Positions 37,075 through 46,169 of a stretch of DNA of 64,000 nt are shown piece by piece. Below the pieces are notes generated by a model, which had not been told where the DNA came from, did no database searches, and saw only the letters and a list, made by a program, of their open reading frames with translations. The first letter of the stretch is position 1, and the number at the start of each line of letters is the position of its first letter. The stretch is from Flammeovirgaceae bacterium UBA2366 (GTDB lineage Bacteria; Bacteroidota; Bacteroidia; Cytophagales; Cyclobacteriaceae), in contig DDTK01000011.1 in NCBI GenBank assembly GCA_002344065.1, forward strand, positions 641,977 to 705,976, in the 5' to 3' direction. A program made the translations under genes and the position numbers.

Positions 37075-38556
37075 ATGAAAAAAGTTGCTGTTATAGGTTC
37101 AGGTTTTGCCGGATTATCCGCTGCTTGTCATCTTGCCAAAGCAGGCTACTCAGTAACTGTTTTTGAAAAAAACAGCACCCCGGGCGGACGCGCCAGGAAA
37201 TTTGAAGCCCAGGGATTTACTTTTGATATGGGGCCCAGCTGGTACTGGATGCCCGATGTATTTGAAAAGTTCTTTGCAGCCTTCGGCAAGAAACCATCCG
37301 ACTATTATACACTAGAACGATTGGATCCATCCTATCGGATTTATTACTCGGCTGAGGAACAACTCGATATTCCTTCCGGCATTGATGCCCTTTGCAAGAT
37401 GTTTGACCGGCTTGAGCCCGGCAGCAGTAAAAATCTCTTGAAATTTCTGGAGGAAGGAAAATACAAATATGAAATCGGGATTAATGAACTGGTTTATAAA
37501 CCTGGTTTGTCACTTTTAGAATTGGCCGATCCCAAATTAATGACCGGAGTTTTTAAACTACATGTCTTTCAATCCATATCCACATACGTTAGAAAATATT
37601 TTAAAGAAAAGAAGTTAATCCAGTTACTGGAATTTCCGGTATTGTTTCTGGGAGCAACCCCTCAAAAAACTCCCGCGCTATACAGTTTAATGAACTATGC
37701 TGATATGGCTTTAGGAACCTGGTATCCGCAGGGTGGCATGCATAAAATTATTGAAGGCATGGTACAACTGGCAACTGAGCTTGGGGTAACATTTGAATTC
37801 AATAGTGCCGTTCAACACTTGGAATTAAATGCAGTGAAGGCAAAAGGTGTAATGGTTAATAACCAATTCAGACCTTTCGACTACATCATTGCCGGTGCGG
37901 ATTATCATCATGTAGAGCAAACCCTGATACCGGAATCCTTCAGACGTTACGATGCCTCATATTGGGATAACAGGGTAATGGCACCTTCAAGCCTTATCTT
38001 CTACCTGGGGCTTAACAAAAAACTTGATGGGGTTCTTCATCACACACTATTCTTCGATCAGGATTTCGGCAAACATTCAGAAGAGATTTACGAAAACCCG
38101 CAGTGGCCTAGCAGTCCTCAGTTTTATATCAGTTGTCCATCCAAAACAGATGCCACCGTTGCACCTGCCGGTCATGAAAATGTTTTTATTCTTATACCGG
38201 TAGCGCCCGGTTTAAAGGATGATGAAACTACTCGTGAGCACTACTTTAACCTGGTAATGGAACGCTTTGAGAAAATGACCGGGCAATCCATTCGCGACAG
38301 TGTTGTATTTAAGCGTAGCTATGCCCATAATGATTTTATGGCTGATTATAATTCCTTTAAAGGAAATGCCTACGGATTAGCCAACACCTTGCTGCAAACA
38401 GCAAATCTTAAACCCAGTATGGTAAACAAAAAAATAAAAAACCTGTTTTATACAGGGCAATTAACCGTGCCAGGGCCGGGTGTACCCCCTTCCCTGATTT
38501 CGGGACAGGTAGTTGCTGGAGAGTTGGTAAAACGGGATAAAAAGTATAAACAATGA
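37075..38556 (+). CDS. crtI: Phytoene desaturase
   Basis: 493 aa with the N-terminal FAD fold VAVIGSGFAGLSAA...EKNSTPGGRA and the C-terminal CrtI signature (FYTGQLTVPGPGVP). Confidence 0.9.
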   Translation: MKKVAVIGSGFAGLSAACHLAKAGYSVTVFEKNSTPGGRARKFEAQGFTFDMGPSWYWMPDVFEKFFAAFGKKPSDYYTLERLDPSYRIYYSAEEQLDIPSGIDALCKMFDRLEPGSSKNLLKFLEEGKYKYEIGINELVYKPGLSLLELADPKLMTGVFKLHVFQSISTYVRKYFKEKKLIQLLEFPVLFLGATPQKTPALYSLMNYADMALGTWYPQGGMHKIIEGMVQLATELGVTFEFNSAVQHLELNAVKAKGVMVNNQFRPFDYIIAGADYHHVEQTLIPESFRRYDASYWDNRVMAPSSLIFYLGLNKKLDGVLHHTLFFDQDFGKHSEEIYENPQWPSSPQFYISCPSKTDATVAPAGHENVFILIPVAPGLKDDETTREHYFNLVMERFEKMTGQSIRDSVVFKRSYAHNDFMADYNSFKGNAYGLANTLLQTANLKPSMVNKKIKNLFYTGQLTVPGPGVPPSLISGQVVAGELVKRDKKYKQ

Positions 38557-38578
38557 GATTGATTAACTTTACTTCGTA

Positions 38579-39415
38579 ATGAAAGAACTTTACGACAAAG
38601 TTGCTATTCGATGCAGCCAGTTAACCACCCGGGCTTACAGTACCTCTTTTTCGTTAGGTATTCTGTGTCTTAAAAAAGAATTGCGCAATCCGATTTACAG
38701 TATTTATGGTTTTGTCAGGTTTGCTGATGAGATTGTAGACACCTTTCACGACTACAATAAGCAGGACTTATTCATGCGTTTTAAGGAGGAGACCTATAAA
38801 GCCATTGAAGATGGTATAAGCCTGAATCCCATCCTTCACAGTTTTCAGGAAACAGTACGAAAATATTCTATCGACCGTTCTTCCATTGATTTGTTTTTGC
38901 GCAGCATGGAAATGGATCTGAGTTTGAAAAGCTACGATCAGGAGGGTTTAAAGGAATATATTTTGGGCTCGGCAGAAGTGGTGGGTTTAATGTGCCTGCG
39001 TGTATTTGTAAAAGGTGACGATGCCTCGTATGAAAAACTCAAACCCATGGCCATGAGCCTGGGTTCAGCGTTTCAAAAAATAAATTTTCTCCGCGACCTG
39101 AATGCCGACTTCCTGCATATGGGACGTTCCTATTTTCCAGGATTAGATTTTGAAAAATTTGATGATGCCAAAAAAACGGAAATTGAAGAAAGCATCAAGA
39201 TAGATTTTGAAGAAGGTCTAAAAGGTATTAAACTGCTGCCCCGGTCTTCTCGCTTCGGGGTGTATGTAGCTTACGTTTATTATACAGCCCTCTTCAATAA
39301 GATAAAAAATACACCTTGCGAGCGCGTACTGGAAAGTCGGATACGCATTCGCAACAGGCACAAAGCCACCCTTCTGGCCTACTCCTACGTTAAACACCAA
39401 CTGAATCTGATCTGA
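38579..39415 (+). CDS. crtB: Phytoene synthase
   Basis: 278 aa, squalene/phytoene synthase family: YGFVRFADEIVD (Asp-rich 1), GSAEVVG, and INFLRDLNAD (Asp-rich 2 region). Confidence 0.9.
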   Translation: MKELYDKVAIRCSQLTTRAYSTSFSLGILCLKKELRNPIYSIYGFVRFADEIVDTFHDYNKQDLFMRFKEETYKAIEDGISLNPILHSFQETVRKYSIDRSSIDLFLRSMEMDLSLKSYDQEGLKEYILGSAEVVGLMCLRVFVKGDDASYEKLKPMAMSLGSAFQKINFLRDLNADFLHMGRSYFPGLDFEKFDDAKKTEIEESIKIDFEEGLKGIKLLPRSSRFGVYVAYVYYTALFNKIKNTPCERVLESRIRIRNRHKATLLAYSYVKHQLNLI

Positions 39416-39945
39416 TGGAGGAGTACGTTATTTTAGTGGACGAGCATGACAACGAATTGGGCGCCATGGAAAAAATGGAAGCCCATATAAAAGGTGTTTT
39501 ACATCGTGCTTTTTCCGTGCTCGTATTCAACACGAAAGGTGAAATGCTGATTCAAAGACGGGCCGATTGTAAATACCACAGCGCAGGTTTGTGGACAAAC
39601 ACATGTTGTAGTCACCCACGGGCTGGCGAGGAGATTGAAGAAGCAGCCCAACGCAGACTCAGGGAAGAAATGGGGCTTAATCTTCAACCGGAAAAAGCCT
39701 ATTCCTTTATTTATAGAATTGAACTGGATGGCGGACTGATAGAGAATGAGCTAGATCATGTGTTAATCGCCACATACGATGGCGAGCCCGTGCTTAACCC
39801 GGAAGAAGCGCAGGACTGGAAGTATATCAGTTTTTCTGCGTTAAAAGCCCGAATGAAATCCCATCCGCAAGAATTCACGCATTGGTTCAAACTGATTGTC
39901 AATCACCCAGAACTGAATGCTTTGGTAACAGCCTTGCCGATTTGA
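39415..39945 (+). CDS. idi: Isopentenyl-diphosphate delta-isomerase, type 1 (Nudix)
   Basis: 176 aa with HRAFSVLVFN and TNTCCSHPRAGE (catalytic Cys region) plus a Nudix-like E-rich helix. The start overlaps the crtB stop by 1 nt (TGATG). Confidence 0.9.
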   Translation: MEEYVILVDEHDNELGAMEKMEAHIKGVLHRAFSVLVFNTKGEMLIQRRADCKYHSAGLWTNTCCSHPRAGEEIEEAAQRRLREEMGLNLQPEKAYSFIYRIELDGGLIENELDHVLIATYDGEPVLNPEEAQDWKYISFSALKARMKSHPQEFTHWFKLIVNHPELNALVTALPI

Positions 39946-39990
39946 ACATACACACGGTCTGCTTGTTATAATTCAAAAATCCAAGTACCT

Positions 39991-40158
39991 ATGTTCTCTT
40001 TTCTAAAAAAAGATCCGATCAACAATCTTGAAAATAAGCGTAAAAAATTACTGGAAGAGGCGATGCACATTCAGCGCTCAGGCGACCTGAAATTATACGC
40101 AGTTAAGATGGAAGCCATTGACAAACTGGAAAAGGAAATTGAAGCGCTTCGAAAATGA
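39991..40158 (+). CDS. Small helical protein (55 aa), Lacal_2735/DUF6435-like; absent from the ORF track because it is under 60 aa
   Basis: Hand-translated: MFSFLKKDPINNLENKRKKLLEEAMHIQRSGDLKLYAVKMEAIDKLEKEIEALRK, with a TGA stop at 40156-40158. It resembles a small-protein family recurrently annotated in Bacteroidota; this is from memory and not verified. Confidence 0.55.
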   Translation: MFSFLKKDPINNLENKRKKLLEEAMHIQRSGDLKLYAVKMEAIDKLEKEIEALRK

Positions 40159-41464
40159 TGCGGGCATTCAGGCCGTTGATGCAAATACTTGCCTTTTCTG
40201 GATGCGCAGGGATTTGCGGCTTCACGACAATGCCGGCCTATACCATGCCTTAAAAGAAAACAGCTCCGTACTGCCTGTTTTTATTTTTGATACTACCATC
40301 CTTGATAAACTGGATGATCCGGCCGATGCACGGGTGGAGTTTATTCATCAATCGCTCTACCTGATCAAGGAAGAACTTGAGGCCATTGGTTCTTCCCTGC
40401 TGGTACTTCATGGCAATCCGGAAGATATTTTTAAAACACTTGAACCCAAATCGGTTTACACCAACAACGATTACGAGCCCTACGCCCGCCAGCGTGATGA
40501 TGCCGTGAAGAAAATCCTCGGGTTAAAGAACATCGAATTTAAAGCATTCAAAGACCAGGTTATCTTCGAAAAAGCTGAAATCGTTAAAGATGATGGCAAG
40601 CCCTATACAGTCTATACACCATACAGCAAAAAATGGAAGGCCACATTGAAGCCAGAACACTACCGCAGCTTCAAAAATGAAGATCACTTTGATCATTTTA
40701 AAAAGATCAAAACGCTTCCGTTCCCAACACTTAAAGACATCGGATTTAAGCCATCCGGGCTGACTTTTCCGGAACGAAAAATCCGGCAAAGCATCATTGA
40801 GAAATACCACCTTCAGCGTGATTTGCCTGCTATTGAAAGCACCTCGCGCCTGAGTGTTCACCTACGCTTTGGTACCATAAGCATTCGCAAACTGGTTCAA
40901 GTAGCCCTTCAGAAAAATGAAAAGTGGTTAAATGAATTGATCTGGCGCGATTTCTACCATATGATTCTATGGCACTTTCCAACCGTTGAAAGAGCATTTA
41001 AGCCTGCTTACGATCGAATTGAGTGGCGCAACAATCCTGAAGAATTTAAGGCCTGGTGTGAGGGTAAAACGGGTTACCCCATTGTTGATGCCGGCATGCG
41101 TGAACTTAACGCCACGGGTTTTATGCACAACCGTGTACGCATGATTGTAGCAAGCTTTCTCACTAAACATTTACTGATCGACTGGCGATGGGGCGAAGCA
41201 TACTTTGCCAAAAAACTTCTCGACTTTGATTTAGCGGCTAACAATGGCGGCTGGCAATGGGCTGCAGGCTCAGGTTGTGACGCAGCACCTTACTTTCGTG
41301 TTTTTAACCCTTACATCCAGACGGAAAAATTCGATCCGGAAAATAAGTATATCAAAAAATGGATACCGGAATTTGGCACAAAGGATTATCCTAAACCGAT
41401 AGTAGAGCATGCCTTCGCACGCGACCGGGTATTAGCCGTATACAAAGAAGCACTTAACACATAG
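40118..41464 (+). CDS. Cryptochrome/photolyase-family protein (class I CPD photolyase or Cry-DASH type)
   Basis: FWMRRDLRLHDNAGL N-terminal alpha/beta domain. FAD domain with TSRLSVHLRFGTIS, LIWRDFY, TGYPIVDAGMREL, GFMHNRVRMIVASF and GGWQWAAGSGCDAAPYFRVFNP. The start is uncertain: the TTG at 40118 and the TTG at 40139 both overlap the small ORF. Confidence 0.85.
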   Translation: MTNWKRKLKRFENDAGIQAVDANTCLFWMRRDLRLHDNAGLYHALKENSSVLPVFIFDTTILDKLDDPADARVEFIHQSLYLIKEELEAIGSSLLVLHGNPEDIFKTLEPKSVYTNNDYEPYARQRDDAVKKILGLKNIEFKAFKDQVIFEKAEIVKDDGKPYTVYTPYSKKWKATLKPEHYRSFKNEDHFDHFKKIKTLPFPTLKDIGFKPSGLTFPERKIRQSIIEKYHLQRDLPAIESTSRLSVHLRFGTISIRKLVQVALQKNEKWLNELIWRDFYHMILWHFPTVERAFKPAYDRIEWRNNPEEFKAWCEGKTGYPIVDAGMRELNATGFMHNRVRMIVASFLTKHLLIDWRWGEAYFAKKLLDFDLAANNGGWQWAAGSGCDAAPYFRVFNPYIQTEKFDPENKYIKKWIPEFGTKDYPKPIVEHAFARDRVLAVYKEALNT

Positions 41465-41467
41465 TTC

Positions 41468-41620
41468 ATGCGTGGTGTAAAGAAATCTGATCTGCCGGAA
41501 AAAATTTGTGTTGTGTGCAACCGACCGTTTACCTGGCGCAAAAAATGGGAGAAGGTATGGAATGAAGTAAAATACTGCAGCGACCGTTGCCGGAGTTCAA
41601 AAACTCCGTCATTATGCTGA
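41468..41620 (+). CDS. DUF2256 zinc-ribbon protein (50 aa); absent from the ORF track
   Basis: Hand-translated: [50 protein letters not shown], with a stop at 41618-41620. CxxC...Cx3C and the FTWRKKW...VKYCS.RCR pattern match DUF2256. Confidence 0.75.
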   Translation: MRGVKKSDLPEKICVVCNRPFTWRKKWEKVWNEVKYCSDRCRSSKTPSLC

Positions 41621-41670
41621 ATCTGAGCCATAGCGCATAACCTTACAGCGTCCTGCGTGTTTGATCTAGC

Positions 41671-43134
41671 ATGGATGTTTCCATGATTTTCCCCCATCAA
41701 TTGTTCAAATCAAATCCTGCCCTGAAAAAAGGACGGAACACCATACTTATTGAAGAAGATCTGTTCTTTACGCACCATCCGTTTCATAAACAAAAGCTGG
41801 TTCTTCACCGGGCCTCCATGAAAAGCTATGAAAAGCAGTTGGAGAAGAAAGGCATAAACATCTCGTACATCGAAAACGAAAAGGGAAAAACACTTTCGAA
41901 ACTATTTAACAAGCTGAACAAAACAGGTGTAACTTCTATTCACTACACCGATACCGTTGATTACTTATTGGAACGCAGGTTAAATCGTTATGCCGGGAAG
42001 TGCGGAATAAAATTGATTCAATACCCCTCTCCTAACTTCATTTGCTCCGAAGATTTTATTCATACCTTCTTCAGCAAAAAGAAACGCTATTTTCAAACCG
42101 ATTTTTACATTGAATTAAGAAAACAAAACAACATTTTAATTGATAAAGGTACTCCCGAAGGTGGATCATGGACCTACGATGTATTGAACCGAAAGCGATT
42201 ACCATCAGCTATTTCAATCCCTGCCCGACAGACATTATCCGAGAATTCATTTGTTGTTGAAGCAAAAAAATATGTAGAGAAGAATTTCCCTGAACACTAC
42301 GGATCGGTTGAAGATTTCAACTACCCCATAAACTGTGAACAAGCCGGGCAAACGCTTGATAAATTTATAGCTGATTACTTTAGTCAGTATGGTGATTACC
42401 AGGATGCCATCGATAAAGAAGACTCCTTTCTTTTTCATTCTGTGTTAACACCCAGTTTGAATATTGGTTTACTTCAGCCCGAAGACATTTTAGATGAGGC
42501 AATAAAAGCTTACACCAGAAAAAGAATTCCGCTTAACTCGGTTGAAGGATTTGTTCGGCAAATATTAGGTTGGCGGGAATTTATTCGATCTGTCTACATC
42601 CGTGAAGGTGTTCGTGAACGAACCACCAACTACTTTAACCATCATCGAAAAATTCCAACATCATTCTACACCGGAACAACGGGCATTGGGCCGGTTGATG
42701 CAGTAATTAAGCGCATACTTAAAACCGGGTATGCCAATCACATTGAACGACTAATGATTCTTGGAAATTTTATGTTACTCTGCGGATTTCACCCGGATGA
42801 CATTTATAAATGGTTTATGGAACTGTTTATCGATGCTTACGACTGGGTTATGGTACCCAACGTGTATGGTATGAGCCAGTTTGCGGATGGCGGGTTGATG
42901 GCAACCAAACCTTATATCAGTGGATCGAATTATATCTTAAAGATGAGTCACTATAAAAAAGGAGAATGGTGCAACATTTGGGATGGCCTGTACTGGAAAT
43001 TTATTGATACGCATAAAGAATTATTTATCAAAAACCCAAGGATGAGCATGATGGCAAAGCTTTTGGAAAAAATGGATTCATCCAGGCGAAAAAAACTTTT
43101 CCACGCGGCTGACAACTTCCTTAAATCAGTATGA
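41671..43134 (+). CDS. FeS-BCP / (6-4) photolyase-like cryptochrome-photolyase family protein (COG3046 type)
   Basis: 487 aa. The N-terminus (IFPHQLF...ILIEEDLFF...HKQKLVLHRASM) and C-terminal half (GWREFIR, GYANHIERLMILGNF, DAYDWVMVPNVYGMSQFADGG, YISGSNYILKMS) are typical of PhrB/CryB-type proteins. Confidence 0.8.
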   Translation: MDVSMIFPHQLFKSNPALKKGRNTILIEEDLFFTHHPFHKQKLVLHRASMKSYEKQLEKKGINISYIENEKGKTLSKLFNKLNKTGVTSIHYTDTVDYLLERRLNRYAGKCGIKLIQYPSPNFICSEDFIHTFFSKKKRYFQTDFYIELRKQNNILIDKGTPEGGSWTYDVLNRKRLPSAISIPARQTLSENSFVVEAKKYVEKNFPEHYGSVEDFNYPINCEQAGQTLDKFIADYFSQYGDYQDAIDKEDSFLFHSVLTPSLNIGLLQPEDILDEAIKAYTRKRIPLNSVEGFVRQILGWREFIRSVYIREGVRERTTNYFNHHRKIPTSFYTGTTGIGPVDAVIKRILKTGYANHIERLMILGNFMLLCGFHPDDIYKWFMELFIDAYDWVMVPNVYGMSQFADGGLMATKPYISGSNYILKMSHYKKGEWCNIWDGLYWKFIDTHKELFIKNPRMSMMAKLLEKMDSSRRKKLFHAADNFLKSV

Positions 43135-43616
43135 TGAAAAGCCTGCGCAAAAAACCCTGGAACCGAGTTGATCAACCCGTGTACAGCATCGCAAGCAAAG
43201 CCGGTGGTCAGGCAAATATGAACATCTGTTCGTATGTTACACCTGTCTCGATGAAACCCAAGCAGTTTATTGTTGCCATCTACAAAAATACCTTAACACT
43301 GGAACTGGTCAGGAAAAACCCTGAATTTATATTGCAATATCTGACCCGCGATCAACACCGATTAATTACTCTGCTAGGGAAAAAGTCTGGTTATTCCATA
43401 GACAAAATTCAACGACTGAAAAACAAGGTTGAATCTTTCAATGATTTTGTAGTCTTAAAAGATTGCCTGGCGTATGTTCACTTGAAGGCTGTGGCCTGGC
43501 TTGATGGAGGCGACCATTGGTGTGCCCTCTGCAATGTTATTGCCTATAAAAATATACAGGAAGCCGTACCGTTAACGCTTGATTACCTTCGGGATAAAAA
43601 AATTATCTCAGCATGA
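43131..43616 (+). CDS. Flavin reductase-like (split-barrel FMN-binding) domain protein
   Basis: 161 aa. The pattern ...NMNICSYVTPVSMKPKQFIVAIYKNTLTLELV... resembles the flavin reductase/HpaC-like fold. ATGA start/stop overlaps at both ends. Confidence 0.6.
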   Translation: MMKSLRKKPWNRVDQPVYSIASKAGGQANMNICSYVTPVSMKPKQFIVAIYKNTLTLELVRKNPEFILQYLTRDQHRLITLLGKKSGYSIDKIQRLKNKVESFNDFVVLKDCLAYVHLKAVAWLDGGDHWCALCNVIAYKNIQEAVPLTLDYLRDKKIISA

Positions 43617-44719
43617 TTACGTCCGTAAAGTCATTGAAGGAATTAAACAACGACATTGACCGGCTCGACCCGGTGGCGTATGGCCAAACCCGAAACTACC
43701 TCGATGGTGCCGTCAGCAAGCTATCTCCCTATATTAGTCGTGGTTTTATTACACTACCCTACCTGAAAGACCGGATACTATCACGTGTTTCCTTACCCGA
43801 TGCCGAATCATTTATTTACGAATTATGCTGGCGGGAATATTTTCAACGCATCTGGTTTGCGCAAGGCGATAAAATATTTACCGACTTTAAAAATAAACAA
43901 CTACCTATTGCGCATTACCACTTGCCTCAGGTACTGCTGGAAGCAACCACAGGAATTCACGTAATCGATGAGCAACTTAAATCACTTTATTCTTCCGGTT
44001 ATATGCATAATCATGCGCGCATGTACATCGCATCATTGGCGTGCAATATAGCCCGGGCACATTGGTTGGTTCCTTCACGCTGGCTATACTATCATTTATT
44101 GGATGGCGATCTGGCCAGCAATGCGCTTAGCTGGCAGTGGGTGGCTGGTACATTCAGCTCAAAAAAATATTACTTTAACCAAAACAACGTGAATACCTAC
44201 AGCCGGACTGTACAGCAGCATACCTTCATGGATTTTTCATACGAAGAAATTATGAAAATGAACACCCCACCTGCTTTACAAGAAACATCTGAACTTACGC
44301 TTAAAACTATCCTGCCAAAACCTACATCCTTATCGCTTGATTATACCAAATCACTTTTCCTGTACACTTCGTATACCCTCGATCCACAGTGGCGTACCAA
44401 TACAAATGCCAACCGTCTACTTGTGCTTGAACCCTCTCATTTTAATTCGTTTCCTGTATCGGATAACGCTTTAAACTTTATCCTTTCCTTGGCAGAAAAA
44501 ATAAATGACCTTCAGGTTTATGTGGGCGAAGTGACCAACCTGCCCGGCCTGGAGGAATTTCCGGAAATTATCAGTAAACAGCACCCGACAACCCAACACT
44601 TTCCGGGACATAAAGATGAGCCAGCGTGGATGTTTCCGGAGGTTCCGGAGCCTCGCGGATCCTTCACAGGATTTTGGAAAAGTTGTGAAAAAGTATTGAT
44701 AAGGAACACACCCATATGA
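43613..44719 (+). CDS. Photolyase-homology protein with only the FAD-binding helical domain plus a ~150-aa C-terminal domain
   Basis: 368 aa. It begins directly with the FAD-domain entry motif (YGQTRNYLDGAVSKLSPYISRGFI). ELCWREYFQ, GYMHNHARMYIASL and LLDGDLASNALSWQWVAGT follow. No N-terminal alpha/beta antenna domain is present. Confidence 0.75.
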   Translation: MITSVKSLKELNNDIDRLDPVAYGQTRNYLDGAVSKLSPYISRGFITLPYLKDRILSRVSLPDAESFIYELCWREYFQRIWFAQGDKIFTDFKNKQLPIAHYHLPQVLLEATTGIHVIDEQLKSLYSSGYMHNHARMYIASLACNIARAHWLVPSRWLYYHLLDGDLASNALSWQWVAGTFSSKKYYFNQNNVNTYSRTVQQHTFMDFSYEEIMKMNTPPALQETSELTLKTILPKPTSLSLDYTKSLFLYTSYTLDPQWRTNTNANRLLVLEPSHFNSFPVSDNALNFILSLAEKINDLQVYVGEVTNLPGLEEFPEIISKQHPTTQHFPGHKDEPAWMFPEVPEPRGSFTGFWKSCEKVLIRNTPI

Positions 44720-46155
44720 AATCGCTAACCATTTTACTTACCGGTTCAACTGGCTATATCGGCAGGCGTTTATTGCCGGTGTTGCTCGAACAAGGGCATC
44801 ATATCATTTGTCTCGTTCGTGATAAGCGCAGGTTCGATTTCGAAGATTTTTCGGATGAGCATCAGCAACACCTGTCGGTAGTGGAAGCTGACCTGAATAA
44901 TCCGGATACGTTAAAGCAGCTGCCAAAAGAGATTGACCTGGCCTACTACCTTGTTCATTCCATGAGCACCTCGGAAGATTTTCTGGCACTCGAACAGAAA
45001 TCAGCGGAAACATTTGTAGGCTACATTAACCAAACTACAGCTAAACAAATTATTTACCTCAGCGGAATTGTAAACGATCCTTCTCTCTCTAAACACCTGA
45101 GCTCCAGAAAAAATGTAGAAGATATTTTAAGTCAGTCTACAGCCCGTTTAACCGTATTGCGCGCTGCAATTATTATTGGTTCCGGAAGTGCCTCATTCGA
45201 AATCATCCGCGATCTGGTGGAGAAGCTACCGGTAATGATTGCACCCAAATGGCTGAAAAGTCGCTGCCAACCTATTGGCATTCGAAATGTTATTGAGTAC
45301 CTGATTGGTGTGATTTTAAAAGAAGAAACATTCGGACAGTCTTTTGATATTGGCGGACCAGACATAGTTACTTACAAAGAAATGCTGATGGGCTATGCGC
45401 GTGTACGCGGATTGAAACGCTGGATCATTCCGGTGCCGGTGTTATCACCGCAGCTCTCTTCACACTGGCTTTATTTTGTTACGTCAACATCCTTCACGCT
45501 GGCCAAAAGTCTGGTGAGCAGTTTAAAAAATGAAGTTATCTGTTCCGACAATCGTATCCAGGCAATTGTTCCTCTAAAATTACTTAACTACGAAGAAACG
45601 TTACGCTTAACACTCGATCGCATTCAGCAACGGCTGGTAATTTCAAGTTGGAAAGATGCAGTTCCTACCGATGCCATCGATCAAAACTTTCTGAACTATA
45701 TTGAAGTACCCACCTTTGGCTGTTTCAATGATAAGCGAACCATAACGTTTAACCGGCCTAAAGAAGAGGTTATTGACAACATCTGGAAAATCGGAGGAGA
45801 CCAGGGGTGGTATTATGGTAACTGGATGTGGCGCATACGCGGATTCGTTGATAAACTTTTTGGAGGCGTGGGGTTAAGGCGCGGACGAAGAAATGCCACT
45901 GATTTGAAGGCGGGTGATGCCCTCGATTTTTGGCGGGTATTGCTGGCCGATAAGAAAAACGGAAGGCTACTGCTCTATGCCGAAATGAAATTACCCGGAG
46001 AAGCCTGGCTGGAGTTCAAAATTCAGGAAAATATTTTAGTTCAAACGGCAACATTTCGACCACTCGGTCTGTGGGGACGTATTTACTGGTACGCTGTGCT
46101 CCCCTTTCATGGCCTTATTTTTCCCGGCATGATCAGAAACATTGTACGGGTTTAG
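44716..46155 (+). CDS. NAD(P)-binding SDR/NmrA-like domain fused to DUF2867
   Basis: 479 aa with Rossmann LLTGSTGYIGRRL. The C-terminal region (GDALDFWRV...LYAEMKLPGEAWLEF) is typical of DUF2867. Confidence 0.75.
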   Translation: MKSLTILLTGSTGYIGRRLLPVLLEQGHHIICLVRDKRRFDFEDFSDEHQQHLSVVEADLNNPDTLKQLPKEIDLAYYLVHSMSTSEDFLALEQKSAETFVGYINQTTAKQIIYLSGIVNDPSLSKHLSSRKNVEDILSQSTARLTVLRAAIIIGSGSASFEIIRDLVEKLPVMIAPKWLKSRCQPIGIRNVIEYLIGVILKEETFGQSFDIGGPDIVTYKEMLMGYARVRGLKRWIIPVPVLSPQLSSHWLYFVTSTSFTLAKSLVSSLKNEVICSDNRIQAIVPLKLLNYEETLRLTLDRIQQRLVISSWKDAVPTDAIDQNFLNYIEVPTFGCFNDKRTITFNRPKEEVIDNIWKIGGDQGWYYGNWMWRIRGFVDKLFGGVGLRRGRRNATDLKAGDALDFWRVLLADKKNGRLLLYAEMKLPGEAWLEFKIQENILVQTATFRPLGLWGRIYWYAVLPFHGLIFPGMIRNIVRV

Positions 46156-46169
46156 GTGTTCCTGTAGTG

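Noticed and set aside
46071-46169. Upstream extension of the SRPBCC ORF (track start 46071)
   Set aside because: It overlaps the end of the SDR-DUF2867 gene by 85 nt. The internal ATG at 46170 gives a typical SRPBCC N-terminus and a 14-nt gap.
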